A stretch of DNA of 61,390 bases, counting the filler, from Rhabdomonas costata (taxonomy: Eukaryota): assembly GCA_019059605.1 (NCBI GenBank). It is 18 parts of 18 records of this genome, joined end to end, with 100 filler letters (N's around TTAATTAATTAA, not from the genome) between each part and the next. Parts side by side here need not be neighbours in the genome. Positions count along the whole stretch, not along the records: positions 47,863 to 51,175 come from JAHMHO010001014.1; positions 51,276 to 54,569 come from JAHMHO010001015.1; positions 54,670 to 57,980 come from JAHMHO010001016.1; positions 58,081 to 61,390 come from JAHMHO010001017.1; 14 more parts are not named here. One strand, given 5' to 3'. Made by a program: the position numbers and the translations under genes. The notes under the pieces were generated by a model. The model was not told where the DNA came from, did no database searches, and saw nothing but the letters and a program-made list of their open reading frames with translations. This document shows, piece by piece, positions 50,143 to 61,390 of the stretch (positions within the stretch are counted from its first letter, which is position 1; every line of letters starts with the position of its first letter).

Positions 50143-51926
50143 CTGGGTGAACCGTGAGAGGACAAAGCAGCTAAGACACACCAGGCTCCGCAGTTCCTCA
50201 TAAGTTCCCTTTTCCTGCCGCAAGAAAGTGTTTCTGTGCAGACAATTGCCCCCCCCTCTCCGCGTTTCATTCCCTGCAGCGGATGGGAAACGTGCAGCTC
50301 CCTATAATTGGGCTGTTGGCTGTTGGCTGTTGTGCAGATGACCGACGATCGAACACGGTCACAAAACAGAAAATTACAATTACTGTGGGCCATTACGACA
50401 CTGCCTTACGAGAATAAGCACGAAAAAACACAGCAAATGCAAGTGTACAAACAAACGAATCGCACGAATCGCTTTTATTTTACCATTTTTCCGCCGTCTG
50501 ATCGCACTTTGTTTGGGACCCAAACCTAAGAAGTGAGTTTCGAAGAGTGGGCGTCGCACCCTAAACTCCGTTGCATATGACAATCTCCTATTGATACTGT
50601 GGACCCCAAGTGTGAGTGTGTGGGATAATTTTTAAAAGGGTGTTTTCAAGTCGACAGTGCTCAGAGGACCGTGAAACTGGTTCAGCCATTTTTCACATCC
50701 GTCCACTCTTGCCCCCTCCCCCCCTACCTGTTCATTTTTATTCACTAATTAGTTTCGAGTGAGGAGTGGGGAGCGGGAAGAAATGAAGAGTGCCGAACCT
50801 CCATCTGAAGCACCCGCCGCTGAAGCTCCTCGCTTTGAGACCGCAACTGTGGGAGAGCAATGCAATACCAAATGGGAGGAGGACACAGGCCAGCACCACA
50901 TTTAGCTCGGCATAAATTGAAATTCGATTCTTTTTTTTCACGTGAAATTTTTTACAGGACTTCATACGTTCTTGCTTGGGGTCTTACCGCACAAAATCAC
51001 TGCAAAATCGCTTGCACCCTTCACCGGAATATGCATGCTTGCGGGTGAGCAGTCCGAATTTTTTCCCGCCTCTTTGGACTTTCTTCGCACAGCGGTGTGG
51101 GGGTTGGGGTGCATCCCAACGCCCGAAATAACCAAAGATTGGTGAGTTGTGTGCAGTGAAAAAATTCCTTACTACNNNNNNNNNNNNNNNNNNNNNNNNN
51201 NNNNNNNNNNNNNNNNNNNTTAATTAATTAANNNNNNNNNNNNNNNNNNNNNNNNNNNNNNNNNNNNNNNNNNNNGTGTTGGGTGGGATGTTGGAAAGAT
51301 GCGCCGAAAGGTAAAACGATTTTATAACTTAGCAGGAACCTTTTTGACGTTTACGTACTGCCCAAGGGATGTCTTTTCTGGAGAGAGCCGGTATCGGTAT
51401 CAGCTCATGTGAATTTGTGGCATTTCCTACATCCGTGTAAACTTCTTCGCAAAGGATTTTGCATTTTGGGTGGAGGTGTCCTTCTGCTTCCGAATCCCGG
51501 AAGTTTATTCTTCCTGTTAGGAAGAGCTTTCGGAGAATCGTCTTCCTCGCCTCTCTCTATCTCTCTCTTTCGCTTTTTATGGCTTTTTTCTGTTTGGGTT
51601 ATGCAAAGGTAAAGTAGCAACAGTACAGTACCAAGACGGGCTTTTCTATTAGACGTGGGGCAAGCGGAAAAGCTATACAGATGGATGCATGAACGGTTCC
51701 GTGTACCTCAGAGGAGGTCAAAGACCGCTTTACTACGACAACATCTAATTACGTCTACAACTCAAGCCCACAACCGCCGGACTTCACAAGAATATGAGTG
51801 AGGTAGAGGTTGGCACGAGGTGCCCTTCTTTCAGCAAATATGTTTGCGCTGTGAAATCATGATGCCGCCCGTTCCGCTAAAAAAGCCTTTGAGCGGTTCA
51901 TATCCGTTAAGGATGACGGCTAAAGG

Positions 51927-54569
51927 GTGACAGCTGCCAAGTCCCCAACTCTGTTCTGCATGGCCTCGTTGCTGCTGTGTGTGTTGCTGGAGCAGGGCAG
52001 TCTAAAAGTGCCGAACACGCTGAGGTGGGAGGAGGGACCCTCCCCGCAGGGGCAGTGGGTGCTGGCGGAGCGGATGAGCGACGGCGTGGCCACGGCCCGG
52101 GGCATCGGCACCACCATCCCCTTGTACCCCACAACCTATAAGGCACCACTTTTCGCCACCAACCCCCATCCTCACCCACTCTCACGTTGACCTGTGCCCT
52201 GTGCTTGGTTCCTTTGGTGAACTTCCCAACAGACTTCGCACCTCAGGATATGTTCCACAGAGGAACTTAGACGCTGTCTTTTCCTGGCGTGCAGAAGCAT
52301 ACCTAGAGCGATGCCTCTGTGTGCCTCCCCCCCAACACGCAACAACAACTGCCGAAGCCAAAATGGGGCGGCCAAGCAAAAACCAACCCCAGCAGATCAC
52401 TGGACACTCGGCGTTTGTTCCCTTCGCTAAGGGCCCGTCGACTCACTAACAGCGTGGAGTAGTTGGCTTTTTGGAAAAGACGCGCGCTTCCTTCTGGTCA
52501 GCGGGGTCAGAGCCCTTCTTTATTCGCGGATGTGCCCTCACACTTTGGAAGGACTCTTTGGTATAAAAAGGAGCATGTGTTGTTATTTCCTTTTTTCGTT
52601 TCTTTTTTGCGTCACCGGTTTTTGTGCGTGTGTGTGCCCGCGCAGGGAGTGACGCGAGGTCTGGAGCAGCTGCTGGAGGTCACAGGGCTGCTGCGGGGCG
52701 CGGAGTACGGGATCTGCCCGGGCTGCAGTGGTGTGCGTCGGATATGTATTTGTGTGCTTGTGTGGCAAAGAGCTCCACGGACGCCACGTCCGGCTCTCCG
52801 TGGTAAGAAGAAGATGACCTGAGGATTCTAGGCAGACGAAGAGAAGCAATGATACGCCAGGTCCTCCTGTCCGGCTCCGGTCCCAGAGTGCCTATATCGG
52901 AAGTCACCCAGCGAATATTGGAATAGAGTGAATATTGGAGCCGAATTAGTCTTTCCAGTATCTCCAATTTCCGGGCTGATCCCTGACGATCGCCTGTCCT
53001 GCAGAGGATGATCGAGTGGGAAGCTGCTGGAAGACCCCCCACCCAGAACAACAAGGCAGCAAGAGGATTTCATGTGCCGGCGACTTCGGCGGAGGACGAA
53101 TCGATCGCACCTGCAGCACTTTTGGAACCGTGCCATGCATCCCAAAGAGCCCACTTATTACTTCGTTCTCGACTCCGAGGGGTTTCTAGATGTGTTTCTT
53201 ACATTATTTTGCACCGCGACGGCGCAGAGGCCACGGTTTGGCGTTTGCTTTTGGGCTCGGTCAGATATGACCTCGACACAGCTGTACGAGAGGGACCACC
53301 GTGGGCGGTGCGGCGCGGCCGGTGTGCCGCTGTTGCCGTTCTCCTCCGAGGCCGTCGTGAAGCTCACCCCGCAACTCATTGTGGAGAGGGCCAGGCAGTT
53401 CTTCGATATCAACAACGTATCTACTCTACACCGAGAAAGAAAGAGAATGCGAGACGAGTAAGGAGCATGCCCTCGCCTTAAGGGAATGTGCGAGAATGAG
53501 GAGGGAAGGATTAGTAATTCGACTGTACGCGGGAAGGACCTTCGGTTTCCTTCTCCAAACGAAAAGTCCAGTGAAGCATAACAGCGCATGGGCGAGTCTT
53601 TTTGCACACCTTGTTGCGAATTCAGTCTGCACCCTATGCAGCACTGCCCTTTCAGGTCGCCATATATCAATCTGCCGCACCCTACGCCTGCACTCCTCGC
53701 CTCCATTCCCCTCAGTTGGACTACGACCGCCACTCTGTGGTGTTCCTGTACTGCCTGGAGACTGAGCTGTACCGTGAGCTCAACCAGGTCCACCGCGAGG
53801 CCGTCGTGTTCACGCACCCGCCACGCCGCCGGCCCTGCACCCGAGCACCGTGGGCCCGCCTGTCGCCACGGGTGGCCCGCTACCGCGAGCTGAGCTTCCA
53901 GCTCTCCGTCGCCCTCCGTGACCTTCCACCACACACTGGCACGTCTTCTGCAAAATTGATAACCTGTCGTATCCCTTTTCGCTTGCATGCTATGGTTTTG
54001 GCGTTTCCTCGTTCGTTCTAGTGCAAACCGCAGTGTGGCTTACGCCCACTTTCATTTGCGATGGTTAGGATGCAGTGGTCAGTGTGGGAACATTAATGTG
54101 CTACCACCGCCACCGCTGCCACTTTTTTCCGTGGAAAAACGATATGGGAGTCTGGCTTTCTGCCCGGATCGTTTGGGGTGTCCCTGGCCTGCCTTTGTGT
54201 GCACTAGAATAGCGTTCGGTGTTGTCAGTGAAACATATCCGTCAGCCTCAGCAGCGATATGTAAGACGGAACTGATGTCTTTCGTCGCGCCCAAATGCAG
54301 ATTCTGGAGAAACATTGGCAATAGGGTATGCCTGCACAGATAAGGGCACCAGCAGTACAGAGCAGCCAGCCACCCTGCCTTCAGTCCATCACCTGTTTCT
54401 GAGGTGAGCAGCCAACCAACCGCTTTGTAGCATCCTCAGTTGAGAGGTGAGAGATATCGCAGGGGGTCACACCCCCCACTCCACATCTTTGATGCTTAGG
54501 GGTGTGCTACCGGTGTCTCAACGGGGCGGTGGACCTTCGGGTGTCGTACGCTGTGGGGAAGGTCCACCA
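51927..54569 (+). CDS. Multi-exon protein with an ART-fold NAD-dependent mono-ADP-ribosyltransferase domain, partial. Confident exons ~53030-53416, 53716-53938, 54500-54569; upstream exons unresolved
   Basis: VFLYCLETELYRELNQVHRE...RYRELSFQLSVALRDLPPHTG|VCYRCLNGAVDLRVSYAVGKV matches the ART pattern LYTxE..LY..LN..LR...L..AL.KLP...G.VYRG...Y..G. Confidence 0.75.
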
Positions 54570-54722
54570 NNNNNNNNNNNNNNNNNNNNNNNNNNNNNNN
54601 NNNNNNNNNNNNNTTAATTAATTAANNNNNNNNNNNNNNNNNNNNNNNNNNNNNNNNNNNNNNNNNNNNCAACAGACAACGAGCTTCGATAAAAAATAAG
54701 ATACTGTCAACTCAAGAGGTAC

Positions 54723-55307
54723 CTGCGAGCTGGCAAAGCCTGAGCGGTAGACCCCATTGTTGATCATTGGGTAAACCCAGGCGTTAATCTCATCCACCTT
54801 GGCCTTTAGCTCGTCGGGGTAGAGGTCCAGGCTCGGGTTCTCCGCGAAGGTGTTGAACTCACTGTTAAGCATCTGGATGATCTCCGAACTCTCGTTGTTA
54901 ACGATCTTCTGTGTCTTCCTGTCGAAGAGCACTGGGACGGTGGCACGGCCAGTGTACTGCGGGTCACTGGTCTTGTAGATGTCCATGAGAGACTTGGCCC
55001 CAAACAGCGTGTCCTTGCTGGCCTGCGGCCTGTCCGGGTGCTCGAAGACCCACCCGTCCTCGAGAAGGTAGTCCACGACGTCCACAGATATGACCTTCTC
55101 CAGCCCCTTCAGGGCCCGCACCACCAGGCAGCGGTGTGCCCAGGGGCAAGCGTAGGCCACGTAGAGGTGGTACCGCTGCGGCTCTGGGGGATAGGGCGTG
55201 GACCCGTCCTTCCGGACCCAATGCCGGAACTGGGACTCTTTGCGCACGAATTCTCCGGAGCTGTTGGTAGCCGGGGCGTAGGGCCTTTTCAAGCCGCATG
55301 AGGCCAT
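54723..55307 (-). CDS. Glutathionyl-hydroquinone reductase (GST omega/xi class, YqjG/ECM4-like), first exon
   Basis: GEFVRKESQFRHW, RYHLYVAYACPWAHR, YTGRATVPVLFD, IVNNESSEII, INNGVYRSGFASSQ, followed by a cag|gtac donor. Confidence 0.96.
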
Positions 55308-55596
55308 TTACGAAAGAAATCAAGCAGAGAGAAGTACTGAAGGCCCACCACATGCCCAAAGAGCAGAAAAAGGACAGTGGTAAGGTAAGCAATACCCTCC
55401 TCAACTCTCAGCAGCCCGTCCCATCTTTTTATGCAAATAGCTCTCATGTCACGGACGATTAAATACAGCGCGTTTCACTTCAATGCACCTTGCTTCAGCC
55501 AGAACAGCCTGTATGTCCGTTTCTGCGGGCTGCGAAGGGGTGCAAACAGTCTGGACTTGTTTTTTTAGACCAATCCGTCAACACGACAAAAAGGAG

Positions 55597-55648
55597 CAAA
55601 GTCGGCATCTGATTAACCGAAAAAGTCGGCATCTGATTAACCGAAAAA
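55597..55648. repeat. Direct tandem duplication of a 24-bp unit
   Basis: aaagtcggcatctgattaaccgaa occurs twice in tandem. Confidence 0.9.
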
Positions 55649-55878
55649 TACAAGCTCCTCCAGAAACCGTTGAAGACTGCCCCTCAGTGAAGATTAGCAT
55701 TGCCCCCAATCCCTTGTGAAACCCGGACGTAACAAAGGTGCAGGTCAACTTGCTTTAACAGCGGCAAGGCAATTGTATTGTTGATCGAGGATATCAATCA
55801 CTACTTATACAGTGCGCAAAGAGCGAAAAGAAGATACATAGAAAAGAAGATAGAGACATAACCACAGCCTCCACTTCA

Positions 55879-57153
55879 CTACAACTGCAAAGCGGTCATG
55901 ACAATCACTGGATGGAAAGGCTCGTCTGCGATACATGCCCCTTTCATGGCGGTGCTCACGGCCCCAAGGGGGCGATGAACGCACCGCTCCGCCACGAACG
56001 AGGGGGCCGCAACGCCGCAGGCTCTAGCCTTCCGTGCAGATTCTGCGGAAGTGGCCGAAAGCACGCCAGCCAGCCATCTCGCATCCTCCTCGGTGGAGTA
56101 GTGCAGCCGCATCTGGCGCAGCACGAACGGCACCAGGCGCATCTCCAGCAGCCTCCCATCCTCCGTACTGATCGAGGGAACGTACACTGCACAAAGATTG
56201 CCGCGGTACTTCTCGTGTCCAGGGATTCCCTCGTAATCCGTGATGAGATCCCCAGCTCCGTACATCACAGCCTTCCCCTTGTACAGCTCCATGGGGCGGG
56301 GATGGTGCGAGGAGTGGCCGTGGATGAAGTCCACCCCTGCCTCATCGATGAGGGCGTGCGCAAGAAGGCGCTGGCTTTGCTCCACCTCGTAGCCCCAGTT
56401 CGAGCCCCAGTGGATGCTGACTACAACGACATCGCCAGGCTTGTGCACACCGACTTGAGCACAGGAAGAGACAATTTGGGTCACCACCCTTCGCCAATCA
56501 TTCTCACAGCCCTCTTCGTCCTGAATCATGGCCAAGCCAGGCCGATCAACACCCGCGGCCCAGCTGACAGGCACTCCCGCGGAGGGACACCCCAGCGCAA
56601 ACACTACCAGGCGCTTGCCCGGAGCGAGCTGCACCACGAGGGGCCGCGAAGCCTCTTGTGCTGAGCGTCCCGCACCCACCCGCGGCACCCCCGCACCATC
56701 CAGGGCATCAAGAGTGTCCAAAAGCGAGCGCTCGCCCCAGTCGACGGAATGGTTGTTGGCCAGCACACAGGCGTCCACCAGGCCCTCGGTCAGGACTGAG
56801 ACATTCCTGGGGTGCATTTTGTAATTAACGGTCTTCGGGGCAGGGGTGGGGGACTCCGAGATGCTGGTCTCCAAGTTGACCAGAAAGAAGGGCTCTCGAG
56901 AGCTGTCTGCGGTGAATCCGGAGCGTAAATAGCGCAGCTCGGTCAGCGCGTCGCCCCACACATAAGTGGGTGTCACGGGCTTCGAGATGGGGCCTGACAC
57001 CTGCTCAGCCAACACGGTGTAGGTGTTGGCATCCTTCACGACGCTTTCATGCAAGCGAGCGTCGCAGTGAAAGCGCTGGATCATGTCCACCCCCCGAGCA
57101 AGCATCACGTCCCCAGTCAGAGCAAGCGTAAGACTGGGCTTCGCCCCCGCCAT
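55879..57153 (-). CDS. CapA/PgsA-family (poly-gamma-glutamate synthesis-like) metallophosphatase; intronless
   Basis: LTGDVMLARG, VNLETSI, NYKMHP, LANNHSVDWG, VGAG, VVSIHWGSNWG, IHGHSSHHP, MYGAGDLITDYEGI. Confidence 0.95.
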   Translation of the reverse strand: MAGAKPSLTLALTGDVMLARGVDMIQRFHCDARLHESVVKDANTYTVLAEQVSGPISKPVTPTYVWGDALTELRYLRSGFTADSSREPFFLVNLETSISESPTPAPKTVNYKMHPRNVSVLTEGLVDACVLANNHSVDWGERSLLDTLDALDGAGVPRVGAGRSAQEASRPLVVQLAPGKRLVVFALGCPSAGVPVSWAAGVDRPGLAMIQDEEGCENDWRRVVTQIVSSCAQVGVHKPGDVVVVSIHWGSNWGYEVEQSQRLLAHALIDEAGVDFIHGHSSHHPRPMELYKGKAVMYGAGDLITDYEGIPGHEKYRGNLCAVYVPSISTEDGRLLEMRLVPFVLRQMRLHYSTEEDARWLAGVLSATSAESARKARACGVAAPSFVAERCVHRPLGAVSTAMKGACIADEPFHPVIVMTALQL

Positions 57154-58084
57154 GAGTTGATAGCAGGAAACCCGAGCTGATGAGTAAAACGTGCGACAAT
57201 CATGTACAGCACACACCACAGCATGGGACCCTGCCCGGGAAACTGCACTTCTAGGTTGAAGCTCAACTTTTGTCTTGAACATCTTTGCCGAGATCAAAGA
57301 GAAAAAGTGGGCCTCAGAACACCAATATTTCTGGTCGGGTTCGGGAAATGTGCGCATCAACACCAACCCATAAGGGCAATCCCAAAGAGCGGTTTCAGTG
57401 CCCCTTGATATCCAGTTAATGCGCTGCGGATGTACCTGCGCCCCTTCATGTCACCCTCCCTCCAGGATAGGCCATAGACCCAACGAGTCACAGCGAAGCA
57501 CACGCTCCCTCCACGTTTCAGGCAGAAGTCACAAGCGGTGGGGGAACACATCAGGACACATCAGCACGAAGGCATTGCGCCCCCTACTACTGCACACTCC
57601 CGAGAGGAGGAGGAGGAGGGGAGCACGACCAAAAAAGCCTCTCCACTGCAAAGACAGGAAGCACGAGCACCGCAGGGACAAAAGAACCCAACCCGAGATC
57701 AGTCATGGAGAACACACGCGCCCCAGCCAAAAGAAAGGGTGGGAATTTACTCTAGAATGAAAGGGAAGACGCGGGACCTCCACCAAAATCTTACCCCAAC
57801 ATTTGGCCGAAAGAAGCAAGTGTGTTTGTGATGTGCGCGTATGTGTGAAAGCTGCAATACCGAACCCGCAGGAGCAGGAATTTGGAAATCCGGCACTCTG
57901 AGACCCTTCTAAACCACAGGGGAGTTGATACTCCCACACACACAACCAACCCTTCATCCCCCCACAACCCAACCAACACANNNNNNNNNNNNNNNNNNNN
58001 NNNNNNNNNNNNNNNNNNNNNNNNTTAATTAATTAANNNNNNNNNNNNNNNNNNNNNNNNNNNNNNNNNNNNNNNNNNNNGTGT

Positions 58085-58636
58085 GTGGCTGCATTGGTCA
58101 GAAGTTCAGTACGTATTTGCTCCAACTGCGCCAGCAGTGGTATTGCAGCAAAGGAGCTTCCTGGTGGACAGACAGCTCACCTCCTTTTTCAGCTCCCTAT
58201 TGAGTCGGATATTTTGCCCGGAGAAAAAATAACATCAAAGATACTTGCAAAACTGAAGAAAGGAGAGATTGACGGCTCAGTTGCGGAGCAGATGGAGCTT
58301 CTCAGGAGCACTTGCCTTTTTATCTGGGATGAAATTTCCATGATAAAGAGGCAGATTGTGGAAAGTGTTGATAAGCTACTTCGAGCTGTCCGAGGTTCTG
58401 ACAAGCCTTTTGGAGGTGCAGTTTTTGTCATGAGTGGAGATGTACGCCAGCTTCCACCAATTGTTCCAGGAGGACATGGAGCCGACGTGCTTGACGCTTC
58501 CTTGCCACGATCCACACTTTTTAAGTCGATGGAAGTGTGCCAGCTTACAAAGTGTAAGAGTCAAGCTGGGGACAGTGGCTTTTTTGAGTGGCTAAACATG
58601 CTTGGAGGAAGTTCATCTGCTGCATCTGACACGTAA
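58085..58636 (+). mobile_element. Helitron-type PIF1 helicase fragment, truncated
   Basis: ASSGIAAKELPGGQTAH..F.LP, FIWDEISM, VDKLLRAV, PFGGAVFVMSGDVRQLPPIV, LTK..SQ..D..F.EWL..LG. It stops before helicase motifs V-VI. Confidence 0.88.
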
Positions 58637-58660
58637 GGTAACTGCTCCGGATGACAATCA

Positions 58661-59111
58661 GGTGACAATGGCCACCGCGACACCGCGGAGCTGCTGCTAC
58701 ACAACCTGGCTTACGTCAACCAGCGCACGAAGGATGGGATAACGCCATTGACCTATGCCTGCGAAGATGGTCACCGTGACACCGCACAGCTGCTGCTTCA
58801 GAACCAGGCGGATGTCAACCTGGCAAGGAACGATGGGATCACACCTCTGTATTTTGCATGCCAAAATGGTCACCATAACATTGTCGAACTGCTGCTGCAC
58901 AACCAAGCCGATTTTAACGGGACAACGAATGGAGGCGATACACCTCTGATCATTGCGGCTACGTTGAGGTCATCGCGTCGAGAACGGCGCGGACGTAACC
59001 GCAGTCGATGGTAGCGGGCTCACCGCAGCAGACTGGGCGCGACGGCAGGGCTACGGCGCGATTGCGGAGCTGTTAGAGCAGAAACTGTCAAAGAAGCAGC
59101 CCGAGAAGTAA
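58661..59111 (+). pseudogene. Ankyrin-repeat coding segment (about 4 repeats) with two frameshifts near 58960-58980
   Basis: GHRDTAELLL..GITPLTYACEDGHRDTAQLLLQNQADVN..GITPLYFACQNGH..GDTPLIIAA / GYVEVIA / VENGADVTAVDGSGLTAADWA..KQPEK*. Confidence 0.88.
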
Positions 59112-60538
59112 AGGTTGTGACAGCAATATGCGCTCGCAGAGTTTGAAAGGGGTGGTGCCAGCTGTTTTACATATATGCACCGTCTTTCCCTTCTCTTGCA
59201 CCCAATTCTTCAACAACAGCTGATAAAACTCAATTTTAAAAAGGATCCTCTCCATAATAAAAAATGGCAAGTAAATCCGAAACGTTCTGGCACTCCTTGC
59301 TTGAGAGCTCTTTTTGATCCTAAGGAATAGTCCCCTCCCTTAAAATCCCTCTAGCACCAGTACCTTCCCATGCTCACTTGTCAAGTCTCCAGGAGACGCC
59401 CCCCAAAAGGGTCAAATTTGACCTGAAACGACCATAAAATGCTCACAATTAGCCCAAATTAGGAATGAACGGCAAAATAAATAGGCGAAATAAAAACAAA
59501 TCAGCCAAAATAGCCCAAAATTGGCGAAAGCAGGCAAAATTTGATGGTAAAATAGCATCTGTGTGGTCAATTTCGTCCCCCTATCCCCCAAAAAGTCAAT
59601 GTTGAGGTTGAGATAGGCTCCGGTATGTGCGCAGTTTTTGTCCCAACATTGACCCACAAGGTTACAAGGGAAAGAGAGTCGGGGTCGTCTGCGTGTCGTG
59701 TAAACCACTGCCTTCCGTATGCATCCCCTCCCCCCTCCCCAGCACACCTCCCGTGCTGAGCGAACGTATTCACATGTCACTGTCACTCTCACACAATCAA
59801 TCACAATGGGTTTGTTTTTGCTTGACCATTTCTTCACCATCTCTTATGGGCTGTGAAGCAAAGTGAGAGGTGCTCAGCGGGTTGGCTGCGCCACCAGCGC
59901 CAACACAGCTGGGTGTGTGGGCAGCGTCGGCAAAGCCTGTTTGTTTTTGTGGTTCCTGCACAGCCCTGCTTTTGTGGTTCATGAATCTTCATGTTTATGT
60001 GCTTCTATGCTTTTCCAACAAGATTTAAGGTGGGATTCGATCTGAACCACTTCGTACATAGCTGGGAGCTGCGCCTATCACACCCGCTGCCTTTTTTATA
60101 TGAAAAACCGATTCGTGCATTTGCAAAATTTGAGGGCTTCTCATCATTCACACTCACACGTTTAATTGCAGTGGGGTAGATCATGAATTTGTCATACCTC
60201 CCTCTCGACCGTCAGTCACTTTCGAGGCCGATGAATTGTATGCCTCCTCAGGCTCCCATTCCGAGCAAACGCTCGAAAAGTTGGGAAGTTCATATTCATA
60301 GGGGGGGGGGAATATGTGTTGTTGGTTTCAGTGGAACGTTACTAAAAGTGGAATTATTGTACCAAGTATATTTCTTCGTGCCAGTGTCTCAACCAAAAAA
60401 ATCTCAGAGCAGTCGTTTCATGCAATCCCTTGCTTGCCTTATTTGTCCGCAAGGGGCGAGAAAGTTTTGGTCCCCCCCCCTCGAGCTTTCACAGTGGTGA
60501 CGGAATCGTTTTGTTTGCGCTTCTTTTTGGGCATCTGA

Positions 60539-60913
60539 ATGGATGCCCTCATCTTTGACATGGACGGCACCCTGTGCCACACCCTTCCCCTGGGCATCGC
60601 TACCACTCATGAGGTCGTTCGCCTGCACGGTCGCACCACCGCGATTCCCCCGGAGGAGTACCTCACTCTCAGCGCCTACCCCACTGGGGAGCGCATTGCT
60701 CGGCACCTGGGGCTGCCCGAGGAGCTCATCGATGAGCCCCGGAAACGAGCCCTGGCGGAGCAGTACGACAGCCGGGAGATTGCTCTGGTGAGCCCGGAGA
60801 CGAGCGCACTGTACGAGGGCGTGCGAGAAGCTGTGACCGGGGCGCAGGCTGCTGGGGTGCCCATGGCGGTGCTGTCCAACGGCAACACGGCGAGCACTCG
60901 GCGGAAGCTGGAG
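60539..60913 (+). CDS. HAD-superfamily hydrolase (phosphoglycolate phosphatase-like), first exon
   Basis: ALIFDMDGTL (motif I), LYEGVRE, MAVLSNG (motif II), then a gag|gttggt donor. Confidence 0.9.
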
Positions 60914-61390
60914 GTTGGTTCCCCTTTCCCCTGCTTTTCAATGTTACCACGAGGTCTGAGGTACTGAGGGCCGCGGTGCGGTGTGCTGTTACAACGGTTT
61001 TGCGTTGCAATGGATGTTACAAACCGGTTTTGGGGCGTTGCTAATGTCACTGCACGGTGAGGTGTGCAACTAGGCTGTCCATGCGTGGGGGCTTTGCGGA
61101 CTCCTCAGATCGTATGCCTCATTTGCCCCTTTCCCTGACTATGACCAGGAAATTTCAAAAGTCACGCCCCTAACAACGCCCGTTCCGGTAGCAGCCACCG
61201 CCGTGCTGCAGTCCCCCCGCCTGGCAAATCTTGTCCAACTTGCCAAATTCCAAATTCCAAATCCCAAGTTCCAAACGTCGAAAATATGTCCTACAAATAC
61301 AGAAAATGCACAAAAGGCGCAGAAAGATTCAATGAAAAATTCTCCTGCTCCTGGTGGCTTTCCTCGCCGTTTCGAATACACCCCACCCCC

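Noticed and set aside
3323..58080. Regularly spaced TTAATTAATTAA repeats as a CRISPR-like or biological array
   Set aside because: They are embedded in N runs and are artificial six-frame-stop contig linkers.
42118..60913. ModF, D-LDH, ART, GST, CapA, helicase and HAD as one operon or island
   Set aside because: They lie on different concatenated contigs. Only GST/CapA and helicase/ankyrin/HAD share contigs.
1..61390. tRNA, rRNA, spliced-leader RNA or telomeric arrays
   Set aside because: None recognised by eye. A covariance-model scan would be needed to exclude small RNAs.

Overview
This is not one chromosomal locus. It is 18 unrelated contigs of about 3.3 kb, joined by 17 artificial 100-nt spacers (N44-TTAATTAATTAA-N44), so gene-neighbourhood arguments hold only within a contig. 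The DNA is eukaryotic: GC-rich exons separated by spliceosomal introns, mostly GT-AG, with one well-supported GC-AG and one candidate GA-AG. The receptor-type cyclase and intron features suggest a euglenozoan (euglenid-like) protist; that is an inference. Recognisable and mostly partial genes: TPR protein, MAP2K, concentrative nucleoside transporter, membrane adenylate/guanylate cyclase-like protein with a frameshift, MBOAT acyltransferase, TPR tail of a bacterial-type STAND/cyclase protein, ModF-like ABC ATPase, FAD-linked D-lactate dehydrogenase, CCDC57-like coiled-coil protein, ART-fold ADP-ribosyltransferase, glutathionyl-hydroquinone reductase, intronless bacterial-type CapA metallophosphatase and a HAD phosphatase. 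Degenerate mobile DNA is abundant: Ty3/gypsy pol, Tc1/mariner, a Helitron-type helicase next to ankyrin repeats, and possible tyrosine-recombinase relics. Most contig ends are G/T-only at the 5' end and A/C-only at the 3' end, consistent with whole-genome-amplification primers. I found no rRNA, tRNA or CRISPR, and no complete novel multi-gene system. The best leads are non-canonical splicing, bacterial-like (HGT candidate) genes and hybrid transposon relics.
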